This document shows positions 1-9,451 of a stretch of DNA of 64,000 bases, piece by piece; position 1 is the stretch's first letter, and every line of letters starts with the position of its first letter. Below the pieces are notes generated by a model. That model saw nothing but the letters and a program-made list of their open reading frames with translations. It made no database searches and was not told the DNA's origin. The stretch spans positions 2,624,001-2,688,000 of the forward strand of contig CAXXHB010000003.1 of assembly GCA_963664815.2 (NCBI GenBank). Reading direction: 5' to 3'. The position numbers and the translations under genes are program-made. The stretch is from Spirochaetota bacterium. GTDB taxonomy: Bacteria; Spirochaetota; UBA4802; UBA5550.

Positions 1-528
1 TATGCTGGTTACATAAACCGCACTTTTCCTGTTTATCTTTACAACAGTCCTGTTATCAAACTGCAGCAGGACTGGATATTCTCCCGTAATAATCTGATCA
101 CCTTCCATAATTGCATCAGCTGACCGTACTGATGATAAATCTGTTCCACCACGTATAATTTTAGAATCTAACGATACGACGATAACTCCGTTTTTTTGAA
201 TCTCATTTACAGCAATTACTCCCCGTTTGTATAAATAATTCTGCAACAGGATAACAGAACCACCCGCAACAACCATTAAGGCAATAACAGAAGCAAAAAC
301 AGCTGCTCTTGCACCGGAAACAAGCGTTACCTTCAAACCAAGTCCCTGCATTATATAATAAAATCGTACTGCTGCTGAAGTCATTACTCCGCTCTTTCCG
401 TTTTTCCCGAGAATAACAGCAAGAGTTTTTTTCTTGGAACTATATATTCTTTTCTGATCCGCCGGCAATACCGGTACAACAAGATCATATTTTACAAGAA
501 GCCGGTTTATCAGTTCTATATCTCTCAC
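1..528 (-). CDS. FecR-domain transmembrane anti-sigma factor (5' part; runs off window)
   Basis: Hand-translated from GTG at 528, which overlaps the sigma stop (GTGA): MRDIELINRLL...TM helix (AVFASVIALMVVAGGSVILL)...GDQIITGEYPVLLQFDNRTVVKINRKSAV, a FecR-like motif. Not in the ORF track. Confidence 0.75.
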   Translation of the reverse strand, partial: MRDIELINRLLVKYDLVVPVLPADQKRIYSSKKKTLAVILGKNGKSGVMTSAAVRFYYIMQGLGLKVTLVSGARAAVFASVIALMVVAGGSVILLQNYLYKRGVIAVNEIQKNGVIVVSLDSKIIRGGTDLSSVRSADAIMEGDQIITGEYPVLLQFDNRTVVKINRKSAVYVTSI

Positions 529-1064
529 AACAGATCCTCTATACTGTTTATCCCCAGATCTTTAAGCCTGCTGAAAACTCTTTCGGCAAATACATTGTAC
601 CTGTAAATCACCTGCTTATAATTCAGATTCAGATGCCTGCTTACCTGAGCATAGGAATAATTATAAACCGCAACAAGTTCAAATAGCGAAGCATCACGAT
701 CTCCACTCTCGTTGCAGATATCATCAATTACATGTTTTATCATCATTCTTGTATCCCTGAATCCGTTTACATACCCCATTCCTATATCATCAAAAAGTTC
801 ATCTACATCAATATCCTTCTTCTTTTTCATTTTATAATAATCAAGCACTACAATTCTCAGACATCCGAAAAGCCATTTCCGGGGATTTACCACCTCATTC
901 ATTCTGTCATAAAAGCGTATAAAAACCTCCTGGCATATATCCTCAGCATCATGATAGTTATTTATTCTTGAATAAACCGTATTGAATATAATTGAATAAT
1001 AGGAGTCATAACTCTCAACAAAGCGTTCAGCTCCTGGATCAGAAAGTTCTTTATTTAACTTCAC
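525..1064 (-). CDS. ECF-type RNA polymerase sigma-70 factor
   Basis: Region 2 motif DAEDICQEVFIRFY...RKWLF and region 4 YSYAQVSRHLNL; coupled to a downstream FecR gene. Confidence 0.85.
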   Translation of the reverse strand: MKLNKELSDPGAERFVESYDSYYSIIFNTVYSRINNYHDAEDICQEVFIRFYDRMNEVVNPRKWLFGCLRIVVLDYYKMKKKKDIDVDELFDDIGMGYVNGFRDTRMMIKHVIDDICNESGDRDASLFELVAVYNYSYAQVSRHLNLNYKQVIYRYNVFAERVFSRLKDLGINSIEDLL

Positions 1065-1346
1065 GCATTTACCATTGGATTATATAATATAGTAGAAAAT
1101 ACCGGAAAAAATTCCCCATGGAATTTTTATTTTTTGTGTTACCAATATTTTATTCATTTTATTTAAAAAGTCAATAACAATACATGGACTATATTATAAA
1201 AACACCTATTTTATTATACCATAATACCTGTGTAACTTTTATCGACGGATTTCAGCTCACTGTTGCATACTTTAGCAGTTAAACTGAAATTATATTATAT
1301 AATACATTAATATTTCCAATTTTTCATTTTATCATAATTAAGTTTC

Positions 1347-1376
1347 TTGACATACGTTTTTTTTATTCCATATATT
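1347..1376 (+). promoter_or_regulatory. Putative sigma70 promoter of the EIIA/Ehr operon
   Basis: TTGACA-N18-TATATT about 45 bp upstream of the TTG start at 1420. Confidence 0.5.
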
Positions 1377-1419
1377 AGTTCCGCGATGATGTTAAATACC
1401 ACTGCCCCGGAGAATTGAT

Positions 1420-2106
1420 TTGAATCTTAAATTAAAAGACCTCGTTGAACTGCTTCAGCTTCCGGAAAAAACTGTAAAAAAATGGGTAGAACAGGGCAAA
1501 ATTCCCTCATATAAAATTGGCGGACAGTACAGGTTCAGCGAATCCGAAATTAACGAATGGATTATCAACAATAAACTGAAGGATAATCTTAATATATCAG
1601 AGAAAATAATCGAGCTTAGCGCCGGTAAACTGCATGTGAGCCTTACAGGTTTTCTTGAAAACGGCGGAATATTCTATGGAATTGAAGGCAACACTGTAAG
1701 TGAAATAATCAATAATTGCGTTAACAGAATAAATATTCCGGAATGCGTTCACCGCAATGTTCTTCTGGAATCTCTTCTGGAAAGAGAAAGCATGATGCCT
1801 ACCGCTCTTGGTAAAGGTATAGCAATCCCTCATCCGAGAAACCCTATTATCACAGATGTTGAACATGAAAGTTTATCCATCTGTTTTCTCGCCAATGAAA
1901 TAGATTATGGCGCACTTGACGGAAAGAATGTTCACACACTGTTCATCGTATTGAGCGCTAATCCTAAAAGACACCTTGAGATGTTATCAAAGATCTCATT
2001 TTTATGCCAAGATGAAGAATTTATGAGCCTTTTAAAAAGCAGAGCAGATACACGTTCAATTACAGAATACCTCAAAAACAAAGATATAGAATGGATTAAG
2101 GTGTGA
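1420..2106 (+). CDS. Excisionase/MerR-like HTH fused to PTS EIIA (Ntr/Fru-type) domain
   Basis: N-term LKDLVELLQLPEKTVKKWVEQGKIPSYKIGGQYRF; C-term ERE..MPTALGKGIAIPHPR (phospho-His motif); GGAG RBS. Confidence 0.9.
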   Translation: MNLKLKDLVELLQLPEKTVKKWVEQGKIPSYKIGGQYRFSESEINEWIINNKLKDNLNISEKIIELSAGKLHVSLTGFLENGGIFYGIEGNTVSEIINNCVNRINIPECVHRNVLLESLLERESMMPTALGKGIAIPHPRNPIITDVEHESLSICFLANEIDYGALDGKNVHTLFIVLSANPKRHLEMLSKISFLCQDEEFMSLLKSRADTRSITEYLKNKDIEWIKV

Positions 2107-2110
2107 CATC

Positions 2111-4084
2111 ATGGAATTTTTTTTTGCCGGAATAACACTCTTTGTTGCCGGAGGTTTGCTCTCCGAATTTGTAAATTTCAGATATAAGTCAGCAGTATCT
2201 CTTATTTTTTCCTTCCCGGGTACTGTTCTTACCGGTTATACCGCTCTTCTTGCCCTTACAGGTAAATGTGCTCCTGAAATTACATTTTACATGAACTTCC
2301 CGTTCAGGGATACGAGTTTTGTGATGGACCATTTATCAGCACTTTTTGTACTGATCTTCTCAGTCGTTTATCTCCCTGTTTCAATATACTCCTGCGGTTA
2401 CCTGAAGCATTACAACAACGGCCGGAAGGAGAGGCTTCACTATATCTCGCTTTCACTCCTTATATCATCCATGATGCTTGTCGTAACAGTTACAAACTCC
2501 TTCATATTCCTCATACTGTGGGAAATAATGTCCCTCTCCTCATTCTTTCTCGTTTCTTTCGATAATGAGAAGCCTGAAGTATATGACGCAGCTATAAATT
2601 ATCTGATAGCCATGCATATCGGTGTTGTTTTCATAATCTCCGCATTCGCCTGGCTCTCATACAGATCGGGGGAAAATAATTTTGACAGCTTCAGAGTGGT
2701 TCTTAACTCGGGTAAAGGGATTGCCGATCTTTTATTTTTTATTTCGTTCATAGGTTTCGGCACGAAAGCCGGCTTCTTTCCGTTTCATTCATGGCTTCCC
2801 AAGGCCCACCCTGCTGCTCCATCGCATATTTCGGCCCTGATGTCGGGACTGATGATAAAAACAGGGATTTACGGAATACTGAGATTCCTCTCACTTATAG
2901 ATAATCCCTCGAAGACCATTGGTTTCACACTGCTCGCCCTGTCCTCTTTCACGGCTATCTTTGGAATTTTATATGCAATGAATGACCGCGACATGAAAAA
3001 ACAGCTGGCATACTCCAGTATCGAAAATATCGGAATAATCGGCATGGCGTTATCCGTTGGCATACTCGGAGCTGCTTTCGGAAATACATACATGGCTATA
3101 CTAGGTTTTACCGGGGCAATTCTTCATTTAATCAATCACTCACTGTTTAAAACTCTTCTCTTCTTTTCTGCGGGAAGCGTATATCTCAACAGTCACTCCA
3201 GAAACATGGAGACTATGGGGGGATTAATAAAAAAGCTTCCATACACTGCAACCATTTTTATTATCGCATCAGTAGCAATTTCCGGGCTTCCTCCGCTGAA
3301 TGGCTTTATTAGTGAATTTTTCATCTATTACTCAATGTTAAGCGGTATAAAATCTTCACCAGTTCTCTTTGTTACTATGATTGCAGGTTTTTCGCTCCTC
3401 GCCCTTATCGGGGCGATTGCTGTTATAGCATTTACCAAGTCTGCCGGAATTATTTTTCTCGGCACATCACGAAGTGGAGATATTGACAGCTATAACGAAA
3501 ACTGGATGATAATTGTTCCGATGGTTTTTATTGCTGCTTTGATGTTCCTTATCGGGATTTTTCCTCATAAAGTAATATGGTTAACATCCGGAATATCAGC
3601 AAATCTGATTAAGGCGAATACCGCGACAGAGATCAACAGAATAATCGGTCTTGCTTCCGCTCTTTCAATTGCACTTATCATTTTTTACGGGATACTCGCC
3701 GCAATATTGCTCTTCAGGATAATAATGTACAGGAAAGAAAAGGTCGAATACTTTAAAACATGGGACTGCGGCTACCAGGGTGGATCACCAAGGATACAAT
3801 ACACAGCTTCATCATTCTCGGCAGATACGGTTCATGTCACCAGGCCGATTCTTATTCACAAAATACACCTGACCAAACCGGAAGGAGTTTTTCCCAGGAA
3901 GTCCTCTCTTAACACAGTGAATATTGATATAACAGATATAATTGTAACTGACTTTATAAAAAAACTTATAGAGAAATTCTTTAACACCGTATCGGTCATT
4001 CAAAGCAGAACGGCTCAACAGTATGTAATGTATGTTATAGTGTTTATCATTGTCACTTTCATCTGGATAATAGTAATAAAGTGA
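2111..4084 (+). CDS. hyfB: HyfB/NuoL-like antiporter subunit of Ehr/hydrogenase-4-like complex
   Basis: Polytopic membrane protein; PFHSWLPKAHPAAPSHISALMSG, LAYSSIENIG, TWDCGY...RIQYTASSF. Confidence 0.85.
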   Translation: MEFFFAGITLFVAGGLLSEFVNFRYKSAVSLIFSFPGTVLTGYTALLALTGKCAPEITFYMNFPFRDTSFVMDHLSALFVLIFSVVYLPVSIYSCGYLKHYNNGRKERLHYISLSLLISSMMLVVTVTNSFIFLILWEIMSLSSFFLVSFDNEKPEVYDAAINYLIAMHIGVVFIISAFAWLSYRSGENNFDSFRVVLNSGKGIADLLFFISFIGFGTKAGFFPFHSWLPKAHPAAPSHISALMSGLMIKTGIYGILRFLSLIDNPSKTIGFTLLALSSFTAIFGILYAMNDRDMKKQLAYSSIENIGIIGMALSVGILGAAFGNTYMAILGFTGAILHLINHSLFKTLLFFSAGSVYLNSHSRNMETMGGLIKKLPYTATIFIIASVAISGLPPLNGFISEFFIYYSMLSGIKSSPVLFVTMIAGFSLLALIGAIAVIAFTKSAGIIFLGTSRSGDIDSYNENWMIIVPMVFIAALMFLIGIFPHKVIWLTSGISANLIKANTATEINRIIGLASALSIALIIFYGILAAILLFRIIMYRKEKVEYFKTWDCGYQGGSPRIQYTASSFSADTVHVTRPILIHKIHLTKPEGVFPRKSSLNTVNIDITDIIVTDFIKKLIEKFFNTVSVIQSRTAQQYVMYVIVFIIVTFIWIIVIK

Positions 4085-4094
4085 GGAAAATGAT

Positions 4095-5030
4095 ATGAAA
4101 GAAATAATGCTAATAAAAACAGCAAATATAATGGTTATACTTCTGTTCCCCCTGCTTTTTATTGGTATAATAAACAAAACCAAAGCATTCTGGGGAGGAA
4201 GGAAAGGGGCTTTAATAATACAGCCATATTATGATTTTTTTAAGCTGATGAGAAAAGGTGAAGTTATAAGCAATGTAACATCATGGGTTTTCTTTTTCTT
4301 TCCGGCTTTATCTCTCGCATCAACTATCTTTGCCGGACTTCTTCTTCCCGTCTTTGACCATAAAGCAGTGATAAGTTTTGAAGGGAGCTTTATTCTTTTC
4401 GCTTACATCCTGGCAGCAGGAAAATTCTTCAGTATTATCGGCGCGCTTGATACCGGAAGCAGCTTCGAGGGGATGGGTGCAGCGCGTGAAGCTTTTTTAA
4501 CCAGTATCCCGGAGCCGGCATTTTTTATTCTTCTCGGTTCAATATCTATATTTGCCGGATATAATTCTTTCGAAAATCTATTCGGCCTTTATCATGCAGG
4601 ATCTGAACTGAGCCTTCTTGTTGTCGTATTAATAGTAATAATACTCCTTATAATACTCCTCGTTGAAGGAAGCCGTATTCCTATAGATGATCCGAATACG
4701 CACCTGGAACTTACAATGATACACGAGGTAATGGTTCTGGACAACTCCGGACCATCGCTTGCGTTGATACAGTACGGATCCGCCATGAAAATGATGATTT
4801 TTTCAAGCCTTATAATAAACTTCATCATTCCGTATAACACCGGCGCTCTGTTCTATTCTGTATATTATGCCGCGGGAATTACAGTTATGGCGGTCACTAT
4901 CGGTACCATCGAAACTCTTACTGCGAGATTCAGGATTATACGTATACCGGATTTCATTTTCACAATTGTAGGGATGTCACTTATGGTAATGTTCATTATA
5001 CTCCTATACTACTACGGAGGGAGACGTTAA
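4095..5030 (+). CDS. hyfC: HyfC/NuoH-like membrane subunit
   Basis: GRKG..IIQPYYDFFKL; EGSRIPIDDPNTHLELTMIHE. Confidence 0.85.
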   Translation: MKEIMLIKTANIMVILLFPLLFIGIINKTKAFWGGRKGALIIQPYYDFFKLMRKGEVISNVTSWVFFFFPALSLASTIFAGLLLPVFDHKAVISFEGSFILFAYILAAGKFFSIIGALDTGSSFEGMGAAREAFLTSIPEPAFFILLGSISIFAGYNSFENLFGLYHAGSELSLLVVVLIVIILLIILLVEGSRIPIDDPNTHLELTMIHEVMVLDNSGPSLALIQYGSAMKMMIFSSLIINFIIPYNTGALFYSVYYAAGITVMAVTIGTIETLTARFRIIRIPDFIFTIVGMSLMVMFIILLYYYGGRR

Positions 5031-5636
5031 ATGGAGATACTGATTATTTTTTTCTGCATCTCAATGCTGATAATTTCGGCTGTGAGCAGAATTGAAGAGT
5101 ATATCAAGATGATTGCAATCCAGGGTTTTATTCTGTTTCTTATGAGTATTGTTGAATTCAGAAATCTCGATATGACTCATTTTGTAATAATGGTTCTTGA
5201 AACTCTCGGATTGAAGACGATTATTATGCCGATGTTTTTAATGTATATAGTAAGAAAAAACGAGATTACAAGGGAACTTGATCCTTATTTATCCAATTTC
5301 TATTCACTTCTTATTACAACTTCAATTTATGTCGCGGGTCTTTTTATTTCATTCTGGGTGTCGGGGGTTGCACAGGATATTCGCCCTCTCCATTTTGGAC
5401 TTTCAATAGCTACAATACTGGTTTCGATGTTTATCATAGTAAATCGTAAAAAAGTAATAACACACGTACTCGGTTACATGATATTTGAAAACGGAGTATT
5501 CCTTCTTTCGTTATCAATGGCCGGAGAAATGCCTATCATAGTTGACCTCGGAGTTCTGCTCGATCTTTTTGTAGGAATTTTCCTGCTTGGAATATTTGTC
5601 AATGCAATCCATGAAAAAGAGAGTGAATCCATATGA
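5031..5636 (+). CDS. hyfE: HyfE-like membrane subunit
   Basis: Hydrophobic; GYMIFENG and DLGVLLDL motifs; position in the operon. Confidence 0.8.
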   Translation: MEILIIFFCISMLIISAVSRIEEYIKMIAIQGFILFLMSIVEFRNLDMTHFVIMVLETLGLKTIIMPMFLMYIVRKNEITRELDPYLSNFYSLLITTSIYVAGLFISFWVSGVAQDIRPLHFGLSIATILVSMFIIVNRKKVITHVLGYMIFENGVFLLSLSMAGEMPIIVDLGVLLDLFVGIFLLGIFVNAIHEKESESI

Positions 5637-7057
5637 TAGCATTCCTGATAATATTTCCGCTTGCAGCCGCTATAATTCTGTATCTTATCAAATCCGATTT
5701 ACTTAACAGAAGTATTACGACACTTTATTCCACTATTTATCTTATCTTTGCTATCTCTTTTACAATTAACCGACCGTCAGACATGGAACCTTATTTCATG
5801 GTGGATTCCCTTAATATCATTTTTATTCTGATCACAGCCATACTCTATTTCGGGGTTTCGTTGTTTAATATATCTTACTTCAAAGATTCAGATGTGCCGG
5901 TAAGCAAACAGACAACATACTATATATCTCTTATGCTTTTTGTATTTTCCATGAACGGGTTTATGTTAAGCCAGCACCTGGGACTCAACTGGGTTTTTCT
6001 TGAAGCAACAACACTGGCTACTGCATACCTGATCTATTTTGACAAGACAAGTGAAGCGCTTGATGCGGCATGGAAATATATCTTCATCTGTACGATAGGA
6101 ATCTCCTTTGCTTTTGTCGGAATAATATTTATCTCAAAAGGGGTTGGAGGGAGTGTCGCAGAGTTGTTTTACAGCAACCTTTATCTTAATGCCAAGAATA
6201 TCGACACCTTCTGGATTAATATAGGATTCCTTTTTATTATTCTCGGATACGGGACAAAGATGGGGCTTGCCCCGATGCACTCATGGCTTCCAGATGCACA
6301 CTCAGAGGCGCCATCACCTATGTCCGCTATGCTTTCCGGAACTCTCCTCAATCTGGCCTTTCTGGGAATACTCAGAGTTTATAAAATTATGATCGCTGCC
6401 GAGGATCTTCACTTTGCAAAAAATATTCTGCTGATCATGGGTGTTCTTTCACTTGTATTCAGCGCTGCCTTTATCCTTAAAATCAGAAACTATAAGAAAA
6501 TGCTTGCCTATTCTTCAATTGAGAATATGGGAATTATCGCAATCGGTATCAGTATCGGAGGTCCCGCTGTATTTGCCGTATTTCTTCACATGATAGGTCA
6601 CTCTCTGACCAAAGCATCATTTTTCCTAACAGCTGGAAATATTCTACATCAGTATAAAACAAAAGAATCTGCAAAAATAAACAGTCTCATGCATAATGAT
6701 TACAAAACAGGAATTCTCTGGCTATTATCGTTTGTCAGTATTGCAGCGCTGCCGCCATTCCCTCTTTTTATTTCAGAGTTTATTATAGTCAGAGAAATGA
6801 TCGGCAATGGGAAAATTGCTCTTACTGTTATATTTCTTCTTCTATTGACAATTATACTTTATGGTATTTCGAAGACTATTTTTCAAATGCTGTTTGGAAA
6901 TAACGAAAATGATCCTGAAATACATAAAATCCACGGTTTGTTTTTTTATCTCCCGCAGATAATTTTTATAACACTCCTTCTTATTCTTGGAGTATATATA
7001 CCTGAACCTGTTATGACAATTCTCAACAACGCAGTTTCAATGTTCGGTATTAAATAA
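5633..7057 (+). CDS. hyfF: HyfF/NuoM-like antiporter subunit
   Basis: WVFLEATTL, AAWKYIFIC, APMHSWLPDAHSEAPSPMSAMLSG; ATGA overlap with hyfE. Confidence 0.85.
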   Translation: MIAFLIIFPLAAAIILYLIKSDLLNRSITTLYSTIYLIFAISFTINRPSDMEPYFMVDSLNIIFILITAILYFGVSLFNISYFKDSDVPVSKQTTYYISLMLFVFSMNGFMLSQHLGLNWVFLEATTLATAYLIYFDKTSEALDAAWKYIFICTIGISFAFVGIIFISKGVGGSVAELFYSNLYLNAKNIDTFWINIGFLFIILGYGTKMGLAPMHSWLPDAHSEAPSPMSAMLSGTLLNLAFLGILRVYKIMIAAEDLHFAKNILLIMGVLSLVFSAAFILKIRNYKKMLAYSSIENMGIIAIGISIGGPAVFAVFLHMIGHSLTKASFFLTAGNILHQYKTKESAKINSLMHNDYKTGILWLLSFVSIAALPPFPLFISEFIIVREMIGNGKIALTVIFLLLLTIILYGISKTIFQMLFGNNENDPEIHKIHGLFFYLPQIIFITLLLILGVYIPEPVMTILNNAVSMFGIK

Positions 7058-7068
7058 GGGGGTGTATA

Positions 7069-8586
7069 ATGAACTGGAAAAGATTTAACTGCAGCTCTCT
7101 GATTAAAACCTGCGATATACCTGTAGTTCAGATTGAAGAGCTGAAAAATGATATAATCGGCAAAGTCAGGCTGGAAGAGAAAAGAGTCCTTGCTTTTTTC
7201 GGACTTAAGAGAAATGATATAACTACACTATATGTAATACTTGGCGACGATACAATTTCACGGCTCTTCATCACTTCGGCAGTATTTGACAAAAGCACAA
7301 GAAGCTACAGATCGTTCACACCGGAAGTCCCCTCACTCCATCTCTTCGAGCGGGAATTTTATGAAGATACAGGTATCCGGCCCGAAGGCCATCCATGGCT
7401 CAAGCCTGTAAGATACGGTAAAGACAACAGGGAGGGAACCGGTTCCATAAAAGATTACCCTTTCTACTCCATGGATGGAGACGAGGTACACGAAGTCGCC
7501 GTTGGTCCGGTTCATGCAGGTGTTATAGAACCGGGACACTTCCGGTTCATGTGCCATGGTGAAGATGTCTATCATCTTGAAATTCAGCTGGGCTACCAGC
7601 ACCGGGGACTTGAAAAAACACTAATCAATAAAACGAACTCGGCATCAGGTACAAATATTTTTTTTCCTCAAATTGCTGAAAAAATTGCCGGAGACAGCGC
7701 CGTTGCCCATTCATCCGTATATGCAGGAATTATGGAGATATTTACAGAGACTGAAATACCTCAAAAAGCAATGGCAATCCGGGCTATATGCCTTGAACTT
7801 GAACGCGCTGCCGTTCACATAGGTGATCTTAGTGCAATTTTCAATGATATAGGATTTCTTATGGGCAGTTCTACATTCGGCGCCTTACGGACACTGATAA
7901 TAAACACATCACTACAGATATGCGGCAGCAGGTTCGGAATGGGACTTATCCGCGTTGGAGGGGTGAGCTTTGACATCACCCATGAACTCACCGCAATGAT
8001 ACTTGATAATATTAATTTTGTGCAGCATAAGATTAAAAAGCTAATTCCGCTTACAATGCTCAATCAGCCATCTGTCCTAACACGACTTGAAGGAACCGGA
8101 ACAGTAGACTCTCACACTGCCCGTCTTATAGGAATGGTCGGGCCAGCTGCCAGAGCATCAGGAGTCCCTATTGATATCAGGACAGATTACCCGTCGGGGA
8201 TGTACAGGCACTATCCCGCAAGAAAAATTGTTCTTGAAAAAGGAGATGTCTTTGCCAGGAGTTTTATACGTTATGTGGAAATGATGCATTCATTCGATTA
8301 TATAAGAGAACAGCTCGGAATAATCCAGGGAAAAGAAATTTTTACTGAAGTTAAAAACACACTCCCCGAAAATGCCATTGCACTATCACTGACCGAAGGA
8401 TGGCGGGGAGAAATTATTCATGTTGCCGTTACTGATGAAAATGGAAAACTGACAAGATACAAAATAAAAGATCCGTCGTTCAATAACTGGTATGGTCTTG
8501 CACTCGCAGTAAGAAATAACGGTATATCTGATTTTCCCCTATGTAATAAGAGTTTTAATCTCTCATACTGCGGACATGATCTTTAG
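7069..8586 (+). CDS. Ehr large subunit (HycE/NuoCD-like, lacking NiFe ligands)
   Basis: FERE, VGPVHAGVIEPGHFRF, GYQHRG; the RxCGxC position reads KIAGDS; C-term DFPLCNKSFNLSYCGHDL. Confidence 0.88.
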   Translation: MNWKRFNCSSLIKTCDIPVVQIEELKNDIIGKVRLEEKRVLAFFGLKRNDITTLYVILGDDTISRLFITSAVFDKSTRSYRSFTPEVPSLHLFEREFYEDTGIRPEGHPWLKPVRYGKDNREGTGSIKDYPFYSMDGDEVHEVAVGPVHAGVIEPGHFRFMCHGEDVYHLEIQLGYQHRGLEKTLINKTNSASGTNIFFPQIAEKIAGDSAVAHSSVYAGIMEIFTETEIPQKAMAIRAICLELERAAVHIGDLSAIFNDIGFLMGSSTFGALRTLIINTSLQICGSRFGMGLIRVGGVSFDITHELTAMILDNINFVQHKIKKLIPLTMLNQPSVLTRLEGTGTVDSHTARLIGMVGPAARASGVPIDIRTDYPSGMYRHYPARKIVLEKGDVFARSFIRYVEMMHSFDYIREQLGIIQGKEIFTEVKNTLPENAIALSLTEGWRGEIIHVAVTDENGKLTRYKIKDPSFNNWYGLALAVRNNGISDFPLCNKSFNLSYCGHDL

Positions 8587-8597
8587 GAGAGCCCCTT

Positions 8598-9353
8598 ATG
8601 ATTAATTTGATCAGGACAAGAATAATTCAGGGTAAACAATATATTGCGGATATACGCAAAGCAGAGGTAAAATCACATTTCAGGGGATTTCCTCTGATCC
8701 ATAATAATTGTACTGATTGCGGACAATGCCGGACATCCTGTCCTTCCTGTGCGATTGAAGTATCACCGGTTAGAATAGATATGGGAAAGTGCACCTTTTG
8801 CGGTGAATGTCAGCGAATATGTCCGGACAATGTAATTGAGTTTACAACAAAACATAAAATTTCCGCCGAGAGACGCGACAACTTACTGATTTCATCTGAA
8901 ACATCTTATAACGAGTTTGAAAAAACCGCTATAGAGGCAAAATATATCATTCATAAAATATTCGGTAACTCGCTTAAACTCCGTTCTGTTTCAGCAGGCG
9001 GATGTAACGCATGCGAAATGGAACTGAATGCCTGCTCCAATGTAAACTTTGACATGGGACGTTTCGGTATCGAAATAGTTGCTTCACCAAAACACTCAGA
9101 TGGAATAATCATAACCGGACCGATTACAGATAATATGGCACCGGCTCTTTATGATTCATATTACTGCACAACGCCTCACAGAATAGTCATTGCAATGGGT
9201 GCATGCGCAATCAGCGGAGGGATTTTTTCTGAATCACCTGAACTTGACAGAAAATTTCTCAATGAAATTAAGCCCGATTTATATATTCCCGGCTGTCCTG
9301 TTCATCCTCTTACATTTATTAATGGTATTCTTGATTTTCTTGGAAGAAAGTAG
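8598..9353 (+). CDS. Ehr small subunit: 2x[4Fe-4S] ferredoxin fused to NuoB/HycG-like domain
   Basis: CTDCGQCRTSCP, CTFCGECQRICP; SAGGCNACE, GACAISGG, PGCP. Confidence 0.88.
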   Translation: MINLIRTRIIQGKQYIADIRKAEVKSHFRGFPLIHNNCTDCGQCRTSCPSCAIEVSPVRIDMGKCTFCGECQRICPDNVIEFTTKHKISAERRDNLLISSETSYNEFEKTAIEAKYIIHKIFGNSLKLRSVSAGGCNACEMELNACSNVNFDMGRFGIEIVASPKHSDGIIITGPITDNMAPALYDSYYCTTPHRIVIAMGACAISGGIFSESPELDRKFLNEIKPDLYIPGCPVHPLTFINGILDFLGRK

Positions 9354-9378
9354 AATTTGATTTTAAAAACACATCTGC

Positions 9379-9408
9379 TTGACAAAATTAAATGCTATCC
9401 GACATAAT
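9379..9408 (+). promoter_or_regulatory. Putative sigma70 promoter
   Basis: TTGACA-N18-CATAAT upstream of the 9452 start. Confidence 0.5.
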
Positions 9409-9451
9409 TAAAGCGATTAAAACATACATTTAATATATACGGGAGTATATC

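Noticed and set aside
7069-8586. Annotation as an active [NiFe] formate hydrogenlyase subunit, or Sec read-through
   Set aside because: The Ni-binding Cys motifs are absent and there is no in-frame TGA at those positions.
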